Source: Candidatus Eiseniibacteriota bacterium
GTDB taxonomy: Bacteria; Joyebacterota; Joyebacteria; Joyebacterales; Joyebacteraceae
Direction of reading: 5' to 3'
DNA: 42,364 bases
NCBI GenBank assembly: GCA_030639555.1
Contig: DAOWCM010000003.1
Coordinates: forward strand, 1-42,364
Below the pieces are notes generated by a model. That model was not told the origin of the DNA, searched no databases, and saw nothing but the letters and a program-made list of their open reading frames with translations. Position numbers and translations under genes: made by a program. Below are positions 1 to 7,025 of this stretch, piece by piece (position 1 is the stretch's first letter; every line of letters starts with the position of its first letter).

Positions 1-141
1 GAAACGGCCGTTATCTATCTGGCGCCAGCGGTCGAGAGTGTAGCGTACGGGGGCGAAGACACCTGTTTAGGGCGCTCGCGAGGTTGTACGCTCGCCTGTC
101 TTGGCCATCGCTCGGATCGGCTTAGAATGGTCTCTGGCGCC
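1..141. repeat. Terminal direct repeat, copy 1 (identical to 42224-42364); circular-assembly overlap
   Basis: gaaacggccg...tctctggcgcc (141 nt) recurs exactly at the window end, and an ORF reads in frame across the junction. Confidence 0.95.
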
Positions 142-645
142 AATGCCAAAGCTTGGAAAACCTTGCTTTGGATCTATCGGGGCGACCTCTTCATCTCTCT
201 CTTGAGTCGCGAGGTTTACAACCTCCGGAACCGTGCTATTCACGCTGGATTGACGCCAGCTGTGAGGTTCAACGGATCCTCAGACTACGCCATCGAAGCG
301 CTTATCGGCGACGTGATCGCGAGGTTTTCGGACGTCGTCTGGTACGACTACACGAAGCTAGTCGCCAGAGCGATGCCAAAGCGCAAGCGCCCATCCAATT
401 ACCACATCACGTTTTCAAGGTCCGAAGACAATGAAACCGATTGTCTCAAGGTGTTACGCGCTGGCGGAAACGTCGCCATCGTTTTCACGGACCTTGAAAA
501 GGCGATGCGTACGGGCTGGAAACGGTTCCGCGTGATCGATGGCGATGAGACCGACGCAAGGCCCACCGATGATGCTGGCGTGGTAGTCGGCTTGTCGCCG
601 AAAGCACGAGTACAAGATGGCTCTGGTTTCTTTGTTCACAACTAA
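1..645 (+). CDS. gp88-like phage protein, 3' part (true start ATG 42041, about 275 aa across the circular junction)
   Basis: Frame 1 is open from base 1. It has a C-x6-C-x3-C motif (TGT at 64, 85, 97) and the motifs VRFNGSSD, WYDYTK, NYHITFSRSE, GGNVAIVF and IDGDETDARP typical of the mycobacteriophage gp88-like family. Confidence 0.75.
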   Translation, partial: ETAVIYLAPAVESVAYGGEDTCLGRSRGCTLACLGHRSDRLRMVSGANAKAWKTLLWIYRGDLFISLLSREVYNLRNRAIHAGLTPAVRFNGSSDYAIEALIGDVIARFSDVVWYDYTKLVARAMPKRKRPSNYHITFSRSEDNETDCLKVLRAGGNVAIVFTDLEKAMRTGWKRFRVIDGDETDARPTDDAGVVVGLSPKARVQDGSGFFVHN

Positions 646-787
646 GCGCCACTAGGCGCGGAAAGGCTTGACAGGCCATGGACGCAACGAACGAAAGCGA
701 CCGATTGTGGGCGCAGCTGGCGGAGTGGGAGACGTTTCTCGAGGAGCTGGCCGAGGTTCAGCCCGCAGCGGGCGAGGTGGTGGCGTC

Positions 788-988
788 ATGAAAAAGCGAC
801 GTAGACTAGGCCCGCCTCCCGTCCGTCCGTTTGTCCCGTGTCCGTGCTGCCACAAGCCGATGGACACGGGGATGGTGGTGTGCTGGGTGTGCTACCGACG
901 TACCGACCGGCTCACCACCGCTGGGAGCGCCGAGGTCGAGCGCTGGGAGCTGGCAAGACAGAAGAGAACAGGATGGGCCACGTCATGA
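788..988 (+). CDS. Small Zn-finger-like protein (CPCC...CWVC)
   Basis: ATG 788 follows GAGGTGG; two CxxC pairs; its stop overlaps the next start (ATGA). Confidence 0.55.
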   Translation: MKKRRRLGPPPVRPFVPCPCCHKPMDTGMVVCWVCYRRTDRLTTAGSAEVERWELARQKRTGWATS

Positions 989-1251
989 ACAAGCGAGAAC
1001 ACGAACAAGAGTACCCCAGGGCGAGCGCCTCGAGCGAGGTCGAGCTGACGTGCGGATCCACCGCGCGGCTCATCGTCCTGCGCGGCGGCGGCATGAACGT
1101 CATGCTCAAGCAGCCGCTCACCGACGGGCGAGGGCACGCGTCATCGACCGCCGATATGATCTGCCTCGGCACCGAAGACATGGAGCGTATCAACGCGGGT
1201 ATCCAGGCGGCGCGGGAGGAGGCCGAGGCCGTCGTCCAAGCAATCTGCTGA
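985..1251 (+). CDS. Hypothetical early protein
   Basis: ATGA-coupled to the previous gene, with phage-like high GC3 codons. Confidence 0.6.
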   Translation: MNKREHEQEYPRASASSEVELTCGSTARLIVLRGGGMNVMLKQPLTDGRGHASSTADMICLGTEDMERINAGIQAAREEAEAVVQAIC

Positions 1252-1332
1252 CCGTCCTTGGACGGAGTGAAGAGCGGGGCGCGGCTGTGCGGTCGCGCCC
1301 CGATTTGAATCCTTCAACACAGGGAGTTTACC

Positions 1333-1560
1333 ATGGCGAAGAAAAGACTCAAGGCCAACAAGCGGCGCGTGGCTCGTTTCCAGGTGCGCGACCGATCGAC
1401 CGTCTTTCCCGTCACCGTGACGTGGAACATCGAGGTGTCCGAGGGCGGGCTCAAGGCGCGGCGGGACATGGACGGCTGCACCGCGTACGTCAGCTGGAAG
1501 CAGGTCCTCGGCGCGGCTCTCTACTACGGTCGGACCGAGAAGGGAAACGAGCAGATATGA
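1333..1560 (+). CDS. Hypothetical basic early protein
   Basis: GGGAG RBS before the ATG; first of a chain of ATGA-coupled ORFs. Confidence 0.65.
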   Translation: MAKKRLKANKRRVARFQVRDRSTVFPVTVTWNIEVSEGGLKARRDMDGCTAYVSWKQVLGAALYYGRTEKGNEQI

Positions 1561-1682
1561 TGCGCATCGACAAGCTGGTCGAGATTCTGTCGTGTGAAGA
1601 GACGGTGCTCGACCCGGACGACGTCGAGGCCCTGGCGCACGTCATCGAGCAGAAGCTCCAGGAGTGGGAGAACGAGGTATGA
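1557..1682 (+). CDS. Small acidic protein (41 aa)
   Basis: ATGA overlaps at both ends; MMRIDKLVEILSCEE...WENEV. Confidence 0.55.
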   Translation: MMRIDKLVEILSCEETVLDPDDVEALAHVIEQKLQEWENEV

Positions 1683-2032
1683 ACAGAGACGCACTGTACC
1701 GCGACTGCGCTCTCCAGGCCGGGCTCGTGCAGCTGGCGAACACCGACGAGCACGGGCGGACGTTCGAGACGGACGACGTCGACCGGATCCCCGGCGGCGC
1801 GTGGGTGACGTGTCAAGTCTACATTTCCAACGCGGAGGTCTCGGAGCTACTGTCTCGAGAGCGCAAGGAGCGGCGCCTCGAGGCCAACATTTGCGGGGGA
1901 TGCGGCGAGCCCATCACCGATGAGCAGTTCATCCAAGGAGACAGCTCGTCGTACCACACGACGTGCCCGGACGCCGTGCAGAAGGCCATGCTCAGGGAGC
2001 TACAGGACACACCGAGGAGGGGGGACGTATGA
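1679..2032 (+). CDS. Hypothetical protein with C-terminal CxxC...HxxC Zn-binding motif
   Basis: ATGA-coupled; CGGC...YHTTC. Confidence 0.6.
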   Translation: MNRDALYRDCALQAGLVQLANTDEHGRTFETDDVDRIPGGAWVTCQVYISNAEVSELLSRERKERRLEANICGGCGEPITDEQFIQGDSSSYHTTCPDAVQKAMLRELQDTPRRGDV

Positions 2033-2292
2033 CCGAGCCTTTCGTAGACGACCAGGGAGAGCTTGTCGAGCGCGAGCAGAGCGCGGTCGAGCGTGAGCTG
2101 CGTCTCATCAAGACGATGAACACGAAGTTTAACACGGCGATGTCGGCGCTCCACGCCGTCGGCCGCACGCTCACCCAGCACGGTGACAAGGACATGAACT
2201 CTCTGCTGTGCGCGATCAAGGTCACGGACCTTAACAGCAAGCTCATCGCGGCGGCTCAGGAGTGGCTGAGGAACAGAGGGGTGGCGTCATGA
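2029..2292 (+). CDS. Hypothetical protein
   Basis: GAGGAGGGGG RBS and ATGA coupling. Confidence 0.6.
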   Translation: MTEPFVDDQGELVEREQSAVERELRLIKTMNTKFNTAMSALHAVGRTLTQHGDKDMNSLLCAIKVTDLNSKLIAAAQEWLRNRGVAS

Positions 2293-2552
2293 CAACCTGG
2301 GGAGAGAAGATGGTGACGAAGACACAGTACGTGACGGTGAAGCTGACGATGCGCCAGCTGCGCTACGTGGACGCGCTGGTGCGGGCTGCTCTTTCGGTCG
2401 ACGGAATCAAGCGGGACGAGATCACGAGGAAGGAGCGCGGGATCATTTCGGGCGTGGAGAAGAAGCTGGCGACGCTCGTCTACCAGGCGGACACCGACCG
2501 CTCGATTCAGAGCGCGCGGGTCAAGGCGATGATGAAGGAGCACAACCTGTGA
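2289..2552 (+). CDS. Hypothetical basic protein
   Basis: ATGA coupling upstream and GTGA coupling downstream. Confidence 0.55.
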   Translation: MTTWGEKMVTKTQYVTVKLTMRQLRYVDALVRAALSVDGIKRDEITRKERGIISGVEKKLATLVYQADTDRSIQSARVKAMMKEHNL

Positions 2553-2812
2553 TCTACTCGAGCAGCTACACGTACTCGTACGAGGACAGCGCCGGCGAGG
2601 AGGTCGACGTCGAGCTGAAGTACACGGCGATGCCCGGCACGCCGGGCTGTATGTACGATCGGTGGGGCGACCCGGGCTCGCCACCCGAGGCGCCGGAGAT
2701 GGAGATCGAGGACCTCCCCGGGCACCTCGAGGCGCAGCGCTCGGAGATCGAGGAGGAGATCTGGCAGGAGATCGCGGATTCGGAAGCAGAGGCACAGGAC
2801 AGGAGCGAGTGA
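2549..2812 (+). CDS. Small, very acidic protein
   Basis: AAGGAG RBS, GTG start; E/D-rich 87 aa with a GDPGSPPEAPEMEI motif. Confidence 0.65.
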   Translation: MIYSSSYTYSYEDSAGEEVDVELKYTAMPGTPGCMYDRWGDPGSPPEAPEMEIEDLPGHLEAQRSEIEEEIWQEIADSEAEAQDRSE

Positions 2813-3936
2813 TGCATCTACGAGCGTACAGTAGTTGGCGGCAGGCGGAGTGCGTCGGGTCGACGAAGTTCGTCACCGACGTCGAGGCGGAGTTCGGGCG
2901 TCATGATATCCCCGAGGCCAAGGCGGGGCGCGAGCTGCACCAGCTCGTCGAGGAGGTGATACGCGGCACGACGCAGCTCGAGGACATCGAGGACGGCGAG
3001 TCGAAGCGCCACGTCTCGAAGTGCCTCGAGTTCATCGAGCACTGGGCGTACGGGCACGGCAAGACCGAGGTGCCGATCGAGCTGCACGAGGACGGCGAGC
3101 TGGTGGTGCGTTGCCGCATCGACTACCTCGACGCCGACACGATGGACGACTCCGTCGTGGTGGTCGACTGGAAGTTCTATCACGACGCGCTCGACAAGAT
3201 CGAGAGCGAGTGGCAGATGAAGGTCTCGCTGTGCGCGGCGGCGATGCACCACGGGAAAAACAAGGGCACCGCGAAGCTCTACCTCCCGATCCTCGACCTC
3301 ACGTACGAGTACGAGATCGAGGACGTGCTCAAGGTCTACACGACGGAGATCCTGCCGGTGTGGGTCTGGCTCAACGAGCGCCGCGACCTCCAGGCGGGGC
3401 CCTGGTGCGCCAGGTGTCCCGTGCTGGGGCGCTGCCCGACTGCCGGGCAGACAATGCAGACCGTCGCCGCGAGCGCGAACCTGCACGCGATCTGGGAGGC
3501 CAAGGAGCTGCCGACGGTCAAGGTCATGGAGAAGGGCCTCTACGAGGGGCTCGCGACGTTGGCGCCGGCGAAGTTCCGCGGTGTCCTGAAGTGGCTGCCC
3601 GTGGTGCCGGCGTTCGAGAAGGCCGTCAAGAGGCTGCTGCGTGAGCAGCTCGCGGCCGACCCGTCGAGTCACCCAGGCTGGGAGCTGAAGGACAAGAACC
3701 TGCCGGCGACGGGCGACAAGGACGCCCTCTACGAGGCGACCGAGGAGTACCTCGTCGCGGGCGAGTTCGAGTCCTGTAAGAAGCTCTCGGTCGCCCAGCT
3801 CAAGGAGACGCTGGTCGATCGCCTGGTGGCCACGGAGAAGTGTGGAACGAAGAAGGCGGCAGGCTTCGCGGCTGATACAATTCTCGGTCCGCATATCGTG
3901 CGGAACACCACCAAGGAGCTGCGGAGGAAAAAGTGA
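2812..3936 (+). CDS. PD-(D/E)xK exonuclease, Cas4/DUF2800-like, probable Fe-S cluster
   Basis: The start is ATG 2812 (TGATG overlap, AGGAG RBS), not 2662. Motifs: N-terminal Cys, GRELH, E, RIDY, VVDWK, Q, and C-terminal CxxC-x5-C (WCARCPVLGRCP). It lies just upstream of RecT. Confidence 0.8.
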   Translation: MHLRAYSSWRQAECVGSTKFVTDVEAEFGRHDIPEAKAGRELHQLVEEVIRGTTQLEDIEDGESKRHVSKCLEFIEHWAYGHGKTEVPIELHEDGELVVRCRIDYLDADTMDDSVVVVDWKFYHDALDKIESEWQMKVSLCAAAMHHGKNKGTAKLYLPILDLTYEYEIEDVLKVYTTEILPVWVWLNERRDLQAGPWCARCPVLGRCPTAGQTMQTVAASANLHAIWEAKELPTVKVMEKGLYEGLATLAPAKFRGVLKWLPVVPAFEKAVKRLLREQLAADPSSHPGWELKDKNLPATGDKDALYEATEEYLVAGEFESCKKLSVAQLKETLVDRLVATEKCGTKKAAGFAADTILGPHIVRNTTKELRRKK

Positions 3937-4049
3937 GCCTCTACAGGGCGCTGGGTTTCGTTCAGTGGGCGTTGGCTCTTGTCTTCCTGGCGGCGTGCGC
4001 GTGGTTCGTCGTCTGCGTTATCAGACTCATCGAGGTGGCAACAAAATGA
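3933..4049 (+). CDS. 38-aa single-pass membrane peptide (not in the ORF track)
   Basis: GTG AGC CTC...AAA TGA gives MSLYRALGFVQWALALVFLAACAWFVVCVIRLIEVATK, with GTGA and ATGA overlaps at both ends. Confidence 0.55.
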   Translation: MSLYRALGFVQWALALVFLAACAWFVVCVIRLIEVATK

Positions 4050-4387
4050 CTACTCCGCTGGTTCAGACCGCCGTGTGCCGGTTCGTCGTGTCGACGACGT
4101 ACAGTCAAGACGCGGGCTGGGAGACGGCTATCATGGGAGCGGGTACCTTCCTGGGAGGCGTGGGCACCCCTGCTCCCGTCTCCCGGTACGCAAACGTGTC
4201 CGAAGCGAAGGCGGGACACAAGGAGTGGGTCGACAAGATCACGACGCTGGGGCCCCAGGCCCTGCCCGTCGTGCGCCTGGGCCACGAGGCCTACGGCGTC
4301 AAGGACGAGATGCAGTTCCTCTATCCGATGGGGAACGACGAGTACAAGGAAGCAGTCAGATCAATCGCGCCAGGCTTTGGAATTTAG
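4046..4387 (+). CDS. Hypothetical protein
   Basis: ATG 4046 after GAGGTGG; VST...WETAI...RY...EAKAGH motif common in small phage proteins. Confidence 0.6.
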   Translation: MTTPLVQTAVCRFVVSTTYSQDAGWETAIMGAGTFLGGVGTPAPVSRYANVSEAKAGHKEWVDKITTLGPQALPVVRLGHEAYGVKDEMQFLYPMGNDEYKEAVRSIAPGFGI

Positions 4388-4396
4388 GAGTAACAG

Positions 4397-5368
4397 ATGA
4401 CACAGTTGGCAACGATCAAGCAGGCGGGCGACTACCTCTGCGTCGCTCACCACAAAGAGTTCGCGTTGATGTTCGGCGGCGACGACAGGAAGGCGACCTC
4501 GTTCCTCGCCGTCGCGCTGGCGAACATCCAGAGGGAGCCGAAGCTCCTGCAGTGTAACCGCGAGTCGATCCGGGACTCGCTGCTCGAGGCGGCGCAGATC
4601 GACCTGTGTCCAGGTGGAGCGCTGGGCCAGGCCTTCCTGATTCCGTACGGGCGTGAGTGCCAGTTTCAAGTCGGGTACAAGGGCCTCGCGGAGATCGTGC
4701 AGCGCGAGGGCGCGGTGAAGAAGGTGTGGGCGAACGTCGTGTACCAGGACGAGATCGACGAGGGCAAGTTCGTGGTGCGCTCTGGATCGGAACACAGCCT
4801 CTACCACGACCGCGACCCGTTCCGCGAGGATCCCGCGAGCTGGGAGGAGCTGCTCAATGCGGGACTCTGCGGTGCGTACGCGTGCGCCGAGCTGCACAAC
4901 GGCGCGGTGAACTTCGAGACGGTCGGCATGGACCCTCTGAGGCGAGCCAAGGCGATGAGCAGCTCGCCGGCGTGGAAGAAGTGGGCGACCGAGATGGTCA
5001 AGAAGTTCCCGCTGAAGCGGCTGTGTAAGCGCCTGCCGAAGACCCTCCACATCGAGCAGTGGGCGGCGATCGACGAGCGGCACGGCAAGCGTGACGCGAT
5101 CCCGCTGCGTGACCCGCAGAAGGTGAGCAACGCAGTGCAGCTCGCCGACGACGCGCTCGGCGACACGACCGTGGTCCTCCCTGCGTCGAACCAGATCACC
5201 CGGGACGCGATCAACGCGCAGATCGAGTCGACGTGGCACAGCCTGCAGTCAGAGGAGCGCCGCCGGCTCGACATGGACCGTGAGCTGGGCGACTACCTCG
5301 ACGAGGACCGCACGTCGGACGCCGAGGCGCACCACTTCCTCGACACGATGATGGCGCTGCTCACATGA
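4397..5368 (+). CDS. recT: RecT-family single-strand annealing recombinase
   Basis: AGGAG RBS; PKLLQCNRESIRDSLLEAAQIDL...GQAFLIPY...CQFQVGYKGL and SPAWKKWATEMVKK...KRLCKRLP are RecT signatures. Confidence 0.9.
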   Translation: MTQLATIKQAGDYLCVAHHKEFALMFGGDDRKATSFLAVALANIQREPKLLQCNRESIRDSLLEAAQIDLCPGGALGQAFLIPYGRECQFQVGYKGLAEIVQREGAVKKVWANVVYQDEIDEGKFVVRSGSEHSLYHDRDPFREDPASWEELLNAGLCGAYACAELHNGAVNFETVGMDPLRRAKAMSSSPAWKKWATEMVKKFPLKRLCKRLPKTLHIEQWAAIDERHGKRDAIPLRDPQKVSNAVQLADDALGDTTVVLPASNQITRDAINAQIESTWHSLQSEERRRLDMDRELGDYLDEDRTSDAEAHHFLDTMMALLT

Positions 5369-5703
5369 AGGCCAAGCTGCGTTTCCCAGTAGACGCGGAG
5401 TGGAACAAGACCGAGGAGGCGTTCGGCTACGAGCTGGAGCTTTGGAAGCGCGGCGGGGAGATCACTTGGTGGGCCTTCGAGCCCATCAAGCTCCGCCTGG
5501 CGAAGAGCTGCTTCTACACGCCGGACTTCGCGGTCATGCAGGCCGACCGTTCGTTCGAGTTTTTTGAGGTCAAGGGATTCTGGAGAGACGACGCGCGCGT
5601 GAAGATCAAGGTGGCGGTGAAGCTGTTCCCGATGTTCACGTTCACGGCGGTGTCAATGAAGGCAAAGCGCGACGGAGGAGGCTGGAAGTATGAGGTGTTC
5701 TAA
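5365..5703 (+). CDS. DUF1064-like PD-(D/E)xK endonuclease (resolvase-like)
   Basis: YTPDF...FFEVKG...DARVKIK motif. Confidence 0.8.
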   Translation: MKAKLRFPVDAEWNKTEEAFGYELELWKRGGEITWWAFEPIKLRLAKSCFYTPDFAVMQADRSFEFFEVKGFWRDDARVKIKVAVKLFPMFTFTAVSMKAKRDGGGWKYEVF

Positions 5704-6566
5704 TGAGCAATTCGGGTTTCCCGTGGTTCCCGTTCTACGTGCGGGACTGGCTGACAGACGTGAAGGTGATGTCGATGAGCTGCTGCGCTCGAGGGGCGTT
5801 CATACAGCTCCTGGCGCTGCAGTGGGAGAATGGGGGCCTCCCGCCCGAGTGGGACGACCTGGCGGCGCTCACGGGCTACCAGGACGGCTACGAGGACCTC
5901 GAGCGGCAGCTGGGCCCGCTCTTCCCCCCGACGGACGACGGCCGGCGCAACCCGCGCCTCGAGGAGCTGCGCCAGGAGAAGCTCGACAAGCGGGCCGCGC
6001 AGGCAGCTGGGGCTGCGTCCACTCACGTCTCCAATGCCAAGCGGCGTGCTAAGCAGACTGCTAAGCAGTTGGTACGCGCGTCTGAAGATCATGATGCAGA
6101 TACAGATGCAGAGAAGAAGAAGACATCCGTGCGCAAGCGCCCGGGAGCGTTGAAGGGGCCCACCCTTTTCGAGAGGTTCTGGAACTTCTACCCAAGGCGC
6201 AACGAGAAGCGCGTCGGCAAGAAGGCGACCCTCAACCGCTGGAAACGGCTGTCGGACGACGACAAGGAGGCGCTCTGGAAAGCAGCCAGGCACTACGCCC
6301 AGTCAAAGATCGCCCGGGTCGATGGGAAGGCTCGCGACCCGGAGCGGTTCCTCAAGGACGACTACTGGCGGGACTGGCTCGACGGGCCCGGCACGGACGT
6401 CCACGTTGAAGAGCGCGACAAACCACGCCCAGCTCCCAAGGTTGACCCAGGAGGGCCACCGGCCGATCCGGACGACGTCGCGGCTGAGCTGGGCCACGGA
6501 TCGTTCAGAGAGGCAACCAGGGCCCTTAGCATGGACGAGCGTCTGAAGAAGGAGGAGGGGCGATAG
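5703..6566 (+). CDS. DUF1376/YdaU-like replication initiator
   Basis: N-terminal PWFPFYVRDWLTD...ARGAFIQLL..QW..GGLP...NPRL; C-terminal FERFWNFYPRR..GKKA...W and PERFL replisome-organiser motifs. Confidence 0.8.
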   Translation: MSNSGFPWFPFYVRDWLTDVKVMSMSCCARGAFIQLLALQWENGGLPPEWDDLAALTGYQDGYEDLERQLGPLFPPTDDGRRNPRLEELRQEKLDKRAAQAAGAASTHVSNAKRRAKQTAKQLVRASEDHDADTDAEKKKTSVRKRPGALKGPTLFERFWNFYPRRNEKRVGKKATLNRWKRLSDDDKEALWKAARHYAQSKIARVDGKARDPERFLKDDYWRDWLDGPGTDVHVEERDKPRPAPKVDPGGPPADPDDVAAELGHGSFREATRALSMDERLKKEEGR

Positions 6567-6710
6567 ATCAAGTTTGGCGACTTGAAACTGTCAGCGTGAA
6601 GGGAGGTGATGCCATGGAGTGAAGCGCGGTCAACAGAAGTCAGACCACATGCGGCCCCCGACGCCTGGTCGGGGGTCGTTTCAACCCAGGGGTGCATAAA
6701 GGTGCATATT

Positions 6711-6962
6711 ATGCAGAAGAGACTGATCGAAGAGCTGGCGAAGTGCCGTGGCGGGCCGAACCGGCTGAAGAAGATGCGGGCGGAGTTCCTGGCGAGGTAC
6801 GACGACCTGCGCTCGGAGTGTGACGAGGTGTGTGAGCTGCTCGAGCTGATCGACGACGTCACCAAGACCGGGGAGGACGACGAGGAGACCGAAAAGGATG
6901 CTTACCAGGAGGCTACCGACGCGGTTACCAAGGAGGAACCAGTTGACAGCATCGGCGAGTAG
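6711..6962 (+). CDS. Hypothetical protein with acidic tail (start uncertain, 6606-6711)
   Basis: Last ORF of the plus-strand arm; ATG 6711 follows AAGGTG. Confidence 0.5.
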   Translation: MQKRLIEELAKCRGGPNRLKKMRAEFLARYDDLRSECDEVCELLELIDDVTKTGEDDEETEKDAYQEATDAVTKEEPVDSIGE

Positions 6963-6996
6963 TCGTTAGATAGCGGCTTCTCTTCACTTCTTTTCG

Positions 6997-7025
6997 CGGC
7001 CGGCCACACTCCTCTGGGCCGGCCG
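6997..7025. terminator. GC-rich hairpin at the convergence of the two transcription arms
   Basis: CGGCCGGCC (6997-7005) pairs with GGCCGGCCG (7017-7025). It sits between convergent stop codons and has only a weak U-tract. Confidence 0.5.

Noticed and set aside
1-141. Biological terminal repeat of the virion DNA
   Set aside because: It falls in the middle of a gene, and 141 nt is a typical assembler k-mer overlap. It is better read as evidence of circular assembly.
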